In this document: in pieces, positions 38,205 through 52,400 of the stretch
Layout: the number at the start of each line of letters is the position of its first letter
Position numbering within the stretch: the first letter of the stretch is position 1
Origin: Ylistrum balloti
Lineage: Eukaryota
Assembly (NCBI RefSeq): GCF_031769215.1
Contig: NW_026782072.1
Coordinates: 1-64,000 of the forward strand
Direction: 5' to 3'
Length of the DNA: 64,000 nucleotides
The notes under the pieces: generated by a model
Databases searched by the model: none
What the model saw: only the letters and a program-made list of their open reading frames with translations
What the model was told of the DNA's origin: nothing
Program-made: the position numbers and the translations under genes

Positions 38205-39375
38205 AGAATAAGGTCCTTTAAACAACTGCAATGTATTTTGGAGAACAAGGTCCTTTCCACAACGACAGTTTATGTTTGAAAATAAGTTCATTTAAACAAT
38301 TGCTGTGTATGTTGAAGAACAAGGTCCTTTAAACAGCAGCATCGAATGTTAGAGAATGAGGACTTTTAAACAATGCCTCTGTATGTTAGAGAATAAGTTC
38401 ATTTAAACAATTGCTGTGTATGTTGAAGAATAAGGTCCTTTAAACAATGCTGGTGTGTGTTGGAGAATAATGTCCTTTCAACAAAGGCAATGTATTTTTG
38501 AGAATAAGTTCATTTTAAAAGTGTCTATGTATGTTGGCAAATTAGGTCATTTAAACAATGACTATGTATGTCTTTGAATAAGGTCCATTAACCAGCATCA
38601 GTGTATGTTGGAGAATAAGGTCCTTTAAACAGCATCTGTGTGTGTTGGAGAATAAGATCCTTTACACAGCACTATTGTGTGTTGGAGAATAAGGTCCATT
38701 AACCAGCATCAGTGTATGTTGGAGAATAAGGTCCTTTACACAGCACTATTGTGTGTTGGAGAATAAGGTCCATTAACCAGCATCAGTGTATGTTGGAGAA
38801 TAAGGTCCATTAACCAGCATCAGTGTATGTTGGAGAATAAGGTCCTTTACACAGCACTATTGTGTGTTGGAGAATAAGGTCCATTAACCAGCATCAGTGT
38901 ATGTTGGAGAATAAGGTCCATTAACCAGCATCAGTGTATGTTGGAGAATAAGGTCCTTTACACAGCACTATTGTGTGTTGGAGAATAAGGTCCATTAACC
39001 AGCATCAGTGTATGTTGGAAAATAAGGTCCTTTACACAGCACTATTGTGTGTTGGAGAATAAGGTCCATTAACCAGCATCAGTGTATGTTGGAGAATAAG
39101 GTCCTTTAAACAGCATCTGTGTGTGTTGGAGAATAAGGTCCTTTACACAGCACTATTGTGTGTTGGAGAATAAGGTCCTTTAAACAGCATCAGTGTATGT
39201 TGGAGAATAAGGTCCTTTAAACAGCATCTGTGTGTGTTGGAGAATAAGGTCCTTTACACAGCACTATTGTGTGTTGGAGAAAAAGGTCCTTTACACTGCA
39301 TCAGTATGTGTTGGAGAATAAGGTCCTTTAAACAGCATCTGTGTGTGTTGGAGAATAGAGTCTTTTAAGCATTAT
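38205..39375. repeat. 37-bp minisatellite, ~31 copies, three interspersed variants
   Basis: Unit tggagaataaggtcc + variant 3' half. Confidence 0.95.
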
Positions 39376-40759
39376 TGTATTTTGGGACATTAAGGTCATT
39401 TAAGTATTGATAGCTATTATTTATTAGATTTCCCTGATGAAATATTGTGATTGGTTTTCTTAGTAGTGGATGTTTCTTTCTGAAATTGCATTTGTAGGGT
39501 CCCCTTGATCTTTAAACAGCATGGTTGATACACAGCTATCATGGATTTGATAGAAAAAGATAATAATTTTTATATTTCTAAAGTGGAAATTTTAAATGTC
39601 ATATCAGTAAAAACAAAAACAGAGTAAAAAGCAAACAAGAAGGGAGAAGATCCTATTATTTAAGAACAAAAAATATGAAACAAATGTGGTCACTAAGATC
39701 TTTCTGGGATCTCTTATTATACTTAAAATTCTAAGCTGGATTGTAATTCAATATTTCCCATGGAGCATCGTCGGTATGGATGTTTTGGATAACCTGATTT
39801 CCTGTTAAAAGGTTTGAAATAAACCATAGTGTTCAATATTTCACAAACGCTATTTAAATTGAAATTCTCCCTCCACATCAAAACCAATATCTAGTCGGAG
39901 GAGGATCAATTGATCTTGTTAACCTGATATTGTTACATTGTAATACACTTTATTTGAAAGATTTTGCTGATTTCTCATATATTTACAATTGTTCATCTCT
40001 TTACTGCACTAAATTCTGATACAAACGGGACTTGGTATTGAAAATATTATATTAATTTTTTAAATGTTTTTAGTTGATATTGAAATTTGATATTAAAATC
40101 CACTTGGCTTTATCGATTATTTCATTCCTGTCACTCTTCCTGTACATTGATGATGGACTATTTACCATTACAGTGTAGTCTTGATTTACTTGTGATGTGA
40201 GAAATGATATGTGTGGGACTAGAGACTGTAAGAGATTTTGTAAATATACAATTGGTAAATTATATTGTCAGTTTAATTGTTTGTTATGATATCAACCTCT
40301 CCTGTAAAGTTGTTCATATTTAGAAATGGTTTATCAGTGTTATAACATGTTGGGCTAGTAAATTAGAGTATAAGGTTTCTTTTTGCGTGTTAATTGAAAA
40401 ATTTTGAGAGCTGTAATCTACAATATATACATTTGTATATATACATATACGTATACGTACCATAATCATGTGTCCAAGATACATTTCATAAATATGTTTG
40501 TATTTAATGTCTTTTTTACACCATTTGTTAAACTGCTGGGTTGAAAGTACAAGTATTTCAAAAACCTTGGATTTTATCTAGAGTGGATAGACTGCATTGG
40601 TTTTGATGTTACCAGTTGTGATAAATATTAGAAAGTCATAAAGATGAATTAGTTCTCATGTAACTGGAATGTAAGATGCACATGGCATTTAAAACAATAA
40701 GTCGAAAGTCTATAATTCACTTGCTTCCTTGGTGATGAGCTGTTTCATTAAGCAAGGTT

Positions 40760-42481
40760 AGTCACATACTGAATGGTACCTGGGTTATTGTAACCACATA
40801 CTTAATGGTGCGTGGGTCATTGTAACCACATACTGAATGGTACCTGGGTCATTTAACCACATACTGAATGGTACCTGGGTCATTTTTACCACATACTGAA
40901 TCGTACCTGAATTATTGTAACCACATACTGAATGATACCTGCGTTATTGTAACCACATACTGAATGGTACCTGGGTCATTGTAACCACATACTGAATGAT
41001 ACCAGGGTTATTGTAACCACATACTGAATGGTACCTGGGTCATTGTAACCACATACTGAATGATACCTGCGTTATTGTAACCACATACTGAATGGTACCT
41101 GGGTCATTGTAACCACATACTGAATGATACCAGGGTTATTGTAACCACATACTGAATGGTACCTGGGTTATTGTAACCACATACTGAATCGTACCTGAAT
41201 TATTGTAACCACATACTGAATGATACCAGCATTATTGTAACCACATACTGAATGGTACCTGGGTCATTGTAACCACATACTGAATGATACCAGGGTTATT
41301 GTAACCACATACTGAATGGTACCTGGGTCATTGTAACCACATACTGAATGATACCAGGGTTATTGTAACCACATAATGAATGATACCTGGGTTATTGTAA
41401 CCACATACTGAATGATACCTGGGTTATTGTAACCACATACTGAATGATACCTGGGTTATTGTAACCACATACTGAATGGTACCTGGGTCATTGTAACCTT
41501 ATACTGAATGATACCAGGGTTATTGTAACCACATACTGAATGGTACCTGGTTATTGTAACCACATACTGTATGGTACCTGGGTCATTGTAACCACATACT
41601 GTATGGTACCTGGGTCATTGTAACCAAATACTGAATGGTACCTGGGTCATTGTAACCACATACTGAATGATACCTGGGTTATTGTAACCACATACTGAAT
41701 GGTACCTGGGTCATTGTAACCAAATACTGAATGGTACCTGGTTATTGTAATTGCAAACTGAATGATACCTGGGTTTTTGTAACCACATACTGAATGGTAC
41801 CTGGGTTATTGTAACCACATACTGAATGGTACCTGGGTTATTGTAACCACATACTGAATGGTACCTGGGTTTTTGTAACCACATATGAATGGTACCTGGG
41901 TAATTGTAACCACATACTGAATGATACCTGGGCTATTGTAACCACATACTGAATGGTAACTGGGTTATTGTAACCACATACTGAATGGTACCTGGGTCAT
42001 TGTAACCACATACTGAATGGTACCTGGTTATTGTAATTGCAAACTGAATGATACCTAGGGTTTTGTAACCACATACTGAATAGTATCTGGGTTATTGTAA
42101 CCACATACTGAATGGTACCTGGGTCATTGTAACCAAATACTGAATGGTACCTGGTTATTGTAATTGCAAACTGAATGATACCTAGGGTTTTGTAACCACA
42201 TACTGAATGGTACCTGGGTTATTGTAACCACATACTGAATGGTACCGGGGTTATTGTAACCACATTTGTATGGTACCTGGGTTATTGTAACCACATATGA
42301 ATGGTAACTGGGTTATTGTAACCACATACTGAATGGTACCTGGGTTATTGTAACCACATTTGTATGGTACCTGGGTTATTGTAACCACATATGAATGGTA
42401 ACTGGGTTATTGTAACCACATACTGAATGGTACCTGGGTTATTGTAACCACATATGAATGGTACCTGGGTAATTGTAACCT
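40760..42481. repeat. 32-bp minisatellite, ~54 copies
   Basis: Unit tgtaaccacatactgaatggtacctgggttat. Confidence 0.97.
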
Positions 42482-43619
42482 CCCTATATCCAGAATGAAG
42501 TCTAATGCATTTCACAGGCGTACAGATAGGCCTAAATATGAAATAATTTTACAGAGCATTCATATATCAGTTGATGAATACATCCATTATGCTGGAGAAC
42601 CAAAACGTATATATGATAAATGTTATAATATTTTACGTTATTTTTTTTTACATGTTACAACAACATGGTAGTTTCTTTTATATTATGTGTTCTTTTTAAT
42701 TCGTTGTGAAACAAAAACAACCACAACAGACATGCTTTTGAAATGATGTCAAATACTGTTTGTGTGGTATCCAAATATATCCCGTAATTTAAAGGAATAT
42801 ATATATTTATGCCATATTGTAGTCAGGTTGATATACAAATTGATTCAGTCTTCAATTCACAAGGTACTTTAACATTAGAATTGCCGGTCAAATTTCATTA
42901 ACTTACCTTTAAGTGGTAGCTAACTTACAAAATACTTTCTACAACAACTTTCGTTTAAGTCATATGGCCGAATGGGATGTTACAAATCATTTTATTCCTT
43001 GCTTGACCTTGAGTAAATATAAATTCTTACTAAATCTGAGGGAATTTCTGAAGGGGTCTTAAACATAAAATAAACAAGTTTTTGATTATGGTCACATCGA
43101 TAAAGAATTATTTCATCTATCAATAAGTACAATTATTCATGCTTAGTTTTAAAATAAAACAGTTGCAGAATTTGGCATTAGAAAAAATCGTTCTTATTTG
43201 GAAGTTGTTAATCAATCAGATTAAACCTTCATTACAGTTGATCCCTACTAAGAGATCCCAGTACTAGTAATTTGTCACTAGTATGGAGAACATAATTAGT
43301 CATTCTTAATGATTAGCACTTAAAAAGCTGATCATATGAATGAGATGTAAATCATACAATATTATAGTATGGCAGACATCCAAGCATATCACAAGGAAAA
43401 AATCCAGTAATTTTACTATGTAAAAACATCCCATTATGTTGATATGAGACAAACGTTAAACGATGTCACTAGATGAGATAATCCACTTGTATCACTAGAT
43501 AAGCTTTTAGTTACATCACTAGGTCATAAACATCGAGTCATACCGTTTTGTGAGAAACATTCGATCATATTTATATCTGTCTAATTATGTCACAAGGTTA
43601 CAAATAACATTCAATCATA

Positions 43620-44840
43620 TCATTAGGTAACACATGTGCAATAATATCACAAGGTGAAAAACATCCAAACATATCACAAGATAAACATATCCGATCGCAT
43701 CACTATAGACGAGACACCCAATCATATCACAAGGTGAAAAACATCCAATCATATCACAAGGTAAAAATATCCAATCGTATCACTATAGACGAGACATCCA
43801 ACCAATTCACAAGGTGAAAAACATCCAATCGTATAACTATAGGTGGAACATCCAATCATATCACAAGATAAAAACATCCAGTCGTATCACAATAGGTGGA
43901 ACATCCAATCATATCACAAGGTGAAAAATATCCAGTCGTATCACTATAGGTGGAACATCCAATCATATCACAAGGTGAAAAATATCCAGTCGTATCACTA
44001 TAGGTGGAATATCCAATCATATCACAAGGTGAAAAACATCCAGTCGTATCACTATAGGTGGAACATCCAATCATATCACAAGGTGAAAAACATCCAGTCG
44101 TATCACTATAGGCGAAACATCCAATCATATCACAAGGTGAAAAACATCCAATTATATCACAAGGTGAAAAACATCCAGTCGTATAACTATAGGTGGAACA
44201 TCCAGTCATATCACAAGATAAAAACATCCAGTCGTATCACTATAGGTGGAACATCCAATCATATCACAAGATAAAAACATGCAGTCGTATCACTGTAGGT
44301 GGAACATCCAATCATATCACAAGGTGAAAAACATCCAGTCGTATCACTATATGTGGAACATCCAATCATATTACAAGGTGAAAAAACATCCAGTCGTATC
44401 GCTATAGGTGGAACATCCAATCATATCACAAGGTGAAAAACATCCAGTCGTATCACTATAGGTGGAACATCCAATCATATCACAAGGTGAAAAACATCCA
44501 GTCGTATCACTATAGGTGGAACATCCAATCATATCACAAGGTGAAAAACATCCAGTCGTATCACTATAGGCGAAACATCCAATCAGATCAAAAGATAAAA
44601 ACATCCAGTCGTATCACTATAGGTGGAACATCCAATCATATCACAAGGTGAAAAACATCCAGTCGTATCACTATAGGTGGAACATCCAATCATATTACAA
44701 GGTGAAAAACATCCAGTCGTATCGCTATAGGTGGAACATCCAATCATATCACAAGGTGAAAAACATCCAGTCGTATCACTATAGGTGGAACATCCAATCA
44801 TATCATAAGGTAAAAAAAATCCAATCATATCACGAGGTGA
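43620..44840. repeat. 54-bp repeat made of two alternating 27-bp monomers
   Basis: acaaggtgaaaaacatccagtcgtatc + actataggtggaacatccaatcatatc. Confidence 0.95.
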
Positions 44841-45789
44841 GACATGTTAAATCTATGTGTTACTACTTTTATACCAGCCGGCCAGGACATGGTTGTTGTC
44901 ATTACTACATGCAGGATCAGTTAGAAAATACTGGTTTCAAGCAAACTGAATTTGTGTATGTTATTCTAATATTTCACTTAATCACACTGCTATTCAAATA
45001 CCAGTTGTTCATGCCAATATCTAGGTACAGATTAGGAAGTCGATTCTAACACCAAACAATAGCAAAGTAATCGAAACATTTGTATGTGGTGACACTAGCC
45101 ATATGTAAAGTGATATACAGAACGTAATTAGGGTTTGGTTTCGATAATATCGCTTGCTTAGAAATGTTTGAAATCCCATTGCAGGTTGTTCGTTTACATG
45201 AAATCCTATGGTCAGCTTTATGATGTTAGTATTATAAGACGTAGTCACGTGTACGCCGACATGAAACCCCATCGCCAGGTGTGCAAAATGTTCTAAAACG
45301 TGACCAGGTGTGCGGTAACATGTTATCACGTGGCCAGGTAAACGGTGCCATTTTTTCTAGTAGCAATTTCATCAATTATAAGAAATGACTATTTTTGTGA
45401 TTTAATTTTCGTAATCTATATCAAATAAATTGTGAAAAATGTACAAATGTGGTTTTGTTATTTGTTTTAAATTATGAAAATTTTAGTAAGATTGTTCAAG
45501 AGACACGTGTTTCAGACACTTTTCTAGTGTTTGTTGTGTTTGTGTTGTTTTCTACTTTGTCGTCATTGTTTCGTTGCTTTATTGATATGATTATTTTTAC
45601 AAAAACAATTCTATCCCTGTTGTCACAGTTTGATAACTAATTATTTACTTTCACCTGTTCCCAGTACATTTCTAACACCTCACGAACCCTCTATTCCGGT
45701 GTTCGATTTTTGATTTCTAAAAAGATACAACACTTAAAGTAGGCTGTACCTTAGTAATCTCGTTTTCTACTCATTGTGTCATTTTTTAA

Positions 45790-46578
45790 CAGGCTGGGGG
45801 GCACTATAGTAGGCTGTAAATAATCTAAATCTTACTCTGTGTCTAACGGGCAGGGGGGCACTATAGTAGGCTGTAAATAATCTAACTCTTACTCTGTGTC
45901 TAACGGGCAGGGGGGCACTATAGTAGGCTGTAAATAAATAATCTAACTCTTACTCTGTGTCTAACGGGCAGGGGGGCACTATAGTAGGCTGTAAATAATC
46001 TAACTCTTACTCTGTGTCTAACGGGCAGGGGGGCACTATAGTAGGCTGTAAATAATCTAACTCTTACTCTGTGTCTAACGGGCAGGGGGGCACTATAGTA
46101 GGCTGTAAATAATCTAACTCTTACTCTGTGTCTAACGGGCAGGGGGGCACTATAGTAGGCTGTAAATAATCTAACTCTTCTTACTCTGTGTCTAACGGGC
46201 AGGGGGGCACTATAGTAGGCTGTAAATAATCTAATTCTTACTCTGTGTCTAACGGGCAGGGGGGCACTATAGTAGGCTGTAAATAATCTAACTCTTACTC
46301 TGTGTCTAACGGGCAGGGGGGCACTATAGTAGGCTGTAAATAATCTAATTCTTACTCTGTGTCTAACGGGCAGGGGGGCACTATAGTAGGCTGTAAATAA
46401 TCTAACTCTTACTCTGTGTCTAACAGGCAGGGGGGCACTATAGTAGGCTGTAAATAATCTAACTCTTACTCTGTGTCTAACGGGCAGGGGGGCACTATAG
46501 TAGGCTGTAAATAATCTAATTCTTACTCTGTGTCTAACGGGCAGGGAGGTACTGTAGTAGGCAGTAAACAATCTAACT
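45790..46578. repeat. 57-bp minisatellite, ~14 near-identical copies
   Basis: Unit gggcaggggggcactatagtaggctgtaaataatctaactcttactctgtgtctaac. No unique spacers. Confidence 0.97.
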
Positions 46579-47949
46579 CTAACCTAAAGGTCAAGGGAAT
46601 GACTGGTCGCAGTAAGTACAAAGGTGTTTTTTTGTGCTGGTCATGAATTTGACCGTCCTATGAAAAAAACAATTTATGTATCAATTACAGATTTAAAAAA
46701 AGGATGGAAGTTTCCACAGGAATTGATATGTACATTTGTTAAAAACAGTAGTAAATGATTCATATCACGGAAATAATAATAAGAAGAAAAATCAGTTCAC
46801 TTCGTTGGCAATTTCTAGGTAATTGTCTTTGTCTCTTTGTGATTGATAACATTCTACGGAGTAGTAAAGAGTGTTTTCAAAATTGATATATTCTTCGGAC
46901 GTCTGTTCACCCCTACCTAAATGAAAACATGTTCCGCCATCTTTACTAACAGACACAACACAACAGCTCCCACACGACGATTTAGCATACCTTTAACAAA
47001 TCGTACATCGACTATCTTGATAAGAAACTATTTAAAGTAATATTAGTGTACCGAAATTTATGTTTACCATGTTACGGCTATTTATGGATATACTGGTTAA
47101 CAGCCTATTATAAATGAAGTTCCGGGTCAGCACCAGTTGAACAGTATATTAGTATATCTCTGCATAAAACTGTACAGGTTTGTCGTCATATATTTATAAA
47201 GGGAAAAATTATTGTTATAATATTAATAGCTTACTGATAATGATATATCGAGTTATTTTGTTGATAGTCTCTGTAAGTTGAGGGTCAATATGTAGTATTA
47301 TCCTAATTCATTGTAGGGAAGCTATCAATCCTTCTAATCCCTGATCTGTTCTGCCTAAAATTCTGTGTGTGATCTTCTGTTTTTTAATGATAGGTTAACA
47401 TATAGACTAAAACGTATTCCTTTCTAACATATTGTCAGTGCAGCTGAGGGATTGGACTCGAACAAATGAGTTGACAGTCCTACAACACAACATTAAACAA
47501 TACATACGATAACACGTGATCATTATTCATTTTAAATACTGATATGAAAGAGAATGAGGAAAAGGAGAAAGAGAGGGGGCGGATGACAGGATACCAGCGT
47601 TTAGAAGACTTCATTTTTTTAAAAAATGATATGCATCTTCATTACAATTACTGCATGTGCAATGGTAAATAGGTGATAGGCATATACACTTGTGTCTGAT
47701 GACTGAGAGAATCGGAGACATTTAGGTAAGATGGGCTGTTATGGCGATATTTTCATACTAAATAAATGCTGAAAATGAAGATTTGTATTTCAGAATTGTC
47801 GAGTCTATTCAACAAGCTAATTGTAGAGGGGGAATGATGTTTAAATACCTCTAATATTGGCAGTTGGTAGTTAACTGGATGAAGGGGCTGACGACTTCTA
47901 ACTGGACTTGTTCCAATTTAATATGTATATGTGGCATTACGAAACAAAC

Positions 47950-49181
47950 CTGGTGTCTTATCATATTTGTATCTCGTATCAGTAAAATATGTCTATCATA
48001 AAAGTATACCCCCTTATAGTATTTGTATAACCCCTTGAGATCAATAATATACATGTAACTCCATCTGTTTTACAGATTTGCTCTATATAAATTGGGTTGT
48101 TGGTCAGTCAATTGGTCACAAATACCAGGGGTACAGGACCGACAGCTAGACAATCTTTATTTCCTCTTTGCATAAATTAACATACAGAATGCCTTTTAAA
48201 TACATTGAATATATATATGTTACATTAATATAGTAGAGATTTCTGTGACTTGCACTGGTACCAGGTCAGCAATATTAACCATCATTGAAGCCCACTTGTC
48301 TCACTCAAGATGTATATTATTTTCCTTTCTAAGTAAAAAAATTAACATGTCTTTCACCTGATACGTGATCGAATTAGAGTACTCTGATACCTCTAAGAAA
48401 TTTAAGAAATCAGAATGTAGTATCTAGGGAACAATTATCTTGTGTATGAGGGATACGTTTATTATATCCATCAGAAAAGTAATTAAGGGACGATTGTTTG
48501 ATATATTAGGTGATACATGTTGATGGCCAAGAGAATAGTATCTAAGGGACGATTGTCTAATATATGTAAGGTATACATTTATGATGGTCATCAGAATAGT
48601 ATCTAGGGAACAATTATCTGAAATATTAGAGGGATACATTTATGATGGCTATCATAATAGTATCTAGGGGACAATTATCTGATCTATTAGGGGGGTACAT
48701 GTATGATGGTCATCAGAATAGCATCTAGGGGACAATTATCTGATATATTAGGGGGTTACATTTATGATGGGCATCAGAATAGTATCTAGGGGACAACTAT
48801 CTGATATATTAGGGGGTTACATTTATGATGGGCATCAGAATAGTATCTAGGGGACAATTATCTGATATATTCGGGGGTTACATTTATGATGCTCATCAAA
48901 ATAGTATCTAGGGAACGATTGTCTAATATATGTAAGGTATACATTTATGATGGTCATCAGAATAGTATCTAGGGAACAATTATCTGATATATGAGAGTGG
49001 ATACATTTATTATGGACATCAAAATAGTATATAGGAACAATTGTCTGTTACGTTATCTTTGTAATCGTCTTCCTCAAATTAACCTTGTACAATATGAATT
49101 GGAAAAAAATGCTAAGGGGGATACAGATACTATAAGGGGGATACTTTTATGATGGGGGACATAAATACGATATGACACCAG
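47950..49181. mobile_element. MITE-like element with terminal inverted repeats and an internal ~60-bp tandem array (48418-49045)
   Basis: Left end CTGGTGTC..ataaaagtataccccttatagtatttgtataacccctt (47950-48037) is the imperfect reverse complement of aagggggatacagatactataagggggatacttttat..GACACCAG (49115-49181). aacaaa flanks both ends. Confidence 0.55.
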
Positions 49182-49458
49182 AACAAAGTACTAAACAGAA
49201 GTAGAACTAGTCGTTAGGATTTTTAATTAAACCTGAATATTTGGATAAGCTTTAACATTAAAACTCCTAAAAGGCAAGAGAATGACCGCAAGAGCTTACC
49301 GTTGTTGATGTAATAGAACAAATTTATGCAAATGCTACCAATAAGTAGGTATTTCTCTCGAACACTCATTTCCTGGCTATATAACAACATTTCTAAATTA
49401 AACGAGTGATTTCATTTAGAGTTATATGTGTGATAATTTTATTTATATTCTTTTGAAG

Positions 49459-52400
49459 ATTGTTTACCGAATGGCTACCATTCAGACCCCATGTCTGCCC
49501 TTCTGTGGACCCAGGCTCAAACGAACAGTATACTATGGTTCAGACCCACAAAATGCATTGTAGGTCTTCTGTACAAAGAATTTGCTATCATTATCACCAA
49601 GACCACAAGACCAGGAGAGGCGGATTTCACCTGTCTACCATGTACGTTTAATATTTTCAATAGCAACTATGCTGCATCAGCTTCTAAACGTGATGAAATG
49701 GGGAGGGGTAGAGTGTGTGAATTAGTCATGCATTATACACATTTAAAATTTACTAAATTTACTTTTGACGCATAGTCTTACAATGTTGATATGGATAAGA
49801 CTTCAAATGAATTGTCTATAGCAATAGAGAAATACCTTTAATTATTAGGAATATTAATTTTCTATAAGATATGATTAGTGTTACATTTAATCGCTATAAT
49901 GTTCTGACGATGTGTTTCGACTTCAATATGAAAGCCAAATATAACGAATATGAATACCATTCCATACAATCTTAGAAAGTGTTGAGTAATAACAAAGTGA
50001 AAGTAAAAACTCTCTATGATAGACATTTTGTGTTGGTATATTTTGTACACAGCTACAACGGACATTGCTCTGGTAATATCACGACATGTTCTAACTTCGA
50101 ATGTAAGCGGTCCTGTGTGGACGGATATCATCGTGATTCTAACGGCAAGTGTGTCAATACAGGTAAGTCAACGAGTGTGTATACACAGGTTAGTAGTCTA
50201 CAGGAGTATTTCTACAGATATGTTACCAGGTACAAAAATTGTACTAATGTAAATCTAAACGTTCGGTGGCAAAAATACGATCAAACCTCAAGTAAGATAC
50301 AAGAGAAAGTTTCTTCCTTTTATTAGCTGTAAATAAACATATTGTTTTCTGACTATCAAATTACAGAAATACTGGGATTGTCATTAGTACTTTTTTTTTG
50401 AAGTCGCACTGACGTGTTTCAATGGTGGATCACTTAATCTTAACTTGACCAAATGTGTTTGTCCTGCCAACTTCACTGGCGACCAGTGTGATATCCGTAA
50501 GTATAACAAGGTTTTCCTGAGATATTTTTTGAAGTATTGTGTGTATTTGGTCAATGTGACATTACTGTAAGCATTCTTCTGATGGTCATCATCAATTTTG
50601 AAATTAACATTAAATTTTTCTATTTGACAAATTCATACTTTTACCTAATAGCAATCTGCAGTCCAAGCTGTAAGAACGGAGGAGTGTGTTCCCTGCCTCC
50701 AAATTCTAGGTGTCACTGCCCAGACTACCTTACCGGAACCAGATGTGAAATACGTACGTCCACCTGTCACCAGAACCATTACTATCATTTTCACGTGAAT
50801 AAACAACAGAAAAGGTTTACAAAATCCTACAGTCTTCGGTGATACTTTTTTATGGACTCAGTTATGGAAGAATACGTCATTATTGCTTAATATAAGTGTC
50901 GAAATCAAAGCATTTAACATCTAGCATATTTTCAAACACACATCTCTTAATTTCGTGATTAAGACTCCTTAATATAAACTTGATATGATTTACACAATAT
51001 ATCGACTTGTCATGTGATATTTCCCATTGTCTTTCTAGCTTTGTGTGGCACAGGCTGCCGGAATGGGGGAGAGTGTGTCTTCACAGGGATCACCTCTCAA
51101 TGTGTCTGTCGTCCCGACTTCACCGGGCATCGCTGTGAAAGCTGTAAGTACTAGCAAATAATATGCATTCCTCGTCCGAGCTACACTGGCTAATGGTGTA
51201 AATAAGTACTGTACTGGAAAGACCTTGAAAGGGATACTGGTATGGCAAGCCAAATAGAAAATACGATACTGTTGGATATTTCATTGCTGGCTTGCCATAT
51301 ACTTTAATATAACGTCTTTGGGTGACGTCATGGAATATTCTTTATTTAAATGGCGAAAGTGCTAAAATAATCGTAAAAAAGACACACACCTAAATGAAAG
51401 TGAAGTAAAATAATGAATAAAACCAGAACATACAGCATATATGTCCTCCTAGGACTTGTCAGTGATGCTGTGGTGCAGAAACCAAGGGGACGACAAAAGA
51501 ATGTCAAAACTTCGAAAGAAATGTCATTATCTAGATGGGGAGGTGGATTAACCTTAAAATCAATATAAATTTCATGATTATCAGTATCAAATACTTTCAA
51601 AAAAACGCTCCTATAGAGCTCATGTATAGCTGAATATACTATTCAAATGAACTATATAATTACGGCAAACCTCGGGGACATCAGTCCAACAGCAATGTCT
51701 AGCACCTGCAATCTTAACGATTACGCAAAAGACACGAAGGCGAAAATAATCTTTCAATACATATTGAGAATTAGAAAGGTGATTATTGAAACCAATTCGG
51801 GTGATAGATTCTGAAACAGGACAAAGTAATTGTTATTTATATCATGTATTGTTATTACGAAAAATGTGTATGATACAGCTTAATTCACTGTAAGGCCCTG
51901 GTGTGTGCTGTAGCTACCTCTAAAATGTTATTAAAATATGCTGTTCAATTATGCGTCTTTTGTACAATTTTCAAGATTGCAGGTGGTAGGTTTGCCGTCA
52001 CCTACATGTCACATTTAAATTACTAAAATTGAATGGTAGGGCTTGTGCATCTCGCCTTCTAAAGTTTGGCTATTCTAAAGATTCTTTAAAATTTTCCTCA
52101 ATCGCCTGCTAGGATTCAAAATGTAGACCCCCTTGCATCACTGACGAGTCCTAGAAAGGCGAAAACAATGTGTGATGCTGTTTAATTGCTTGGAAGCAAG
52201 TACGTCATAAAGGTGTACATATGCATAACGGTTGGATATGTACAGATACATCATAAAGGTTAGAGATTTACGCGTACATTATAAAGGTTGGAGATGTACA
52301 GATACATCATAAAGGTTAGAGATTTACGCGTACATTATAAAGGTTGGAGATGTACAGATGCATTTTAAAGGTTAGGGAAGTACAGGCACATTATAAAGTT

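Noticed and set aside
43843-45049. Repetitive ORFs on both strands
   Set aside because: They are explained by the 27/54-bp satellite. Frames break at 1-bp slips.
45790-46578. 57-bp repeat as a CRISPR array, or the 217-aa ORF 45918-46571 as a gene
   Set aside because: The units are contiguous with no unique spacers and the context is eukaryotic. The ORF is just a 19-codon period without stops.
48076-48129. Second signal-peptide exon (LLYINWVVGQSIGHNTR) for the EGF/HYR gene
   Set aside because: It needs a phase-1 upstream intron, but the candidate ATG exon ends in phase 0, which gives an immediate TAA. It also lies inside the inverted-repeat element.
49459-49641. Assigning a domain (TSP1-like or chitin-binding-like) to this exon
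   Set aside because: Two frames are open. Only the LFTEW frame matches the phase of the next exon, and neither has a full Cys pattern, so no call is supportable.
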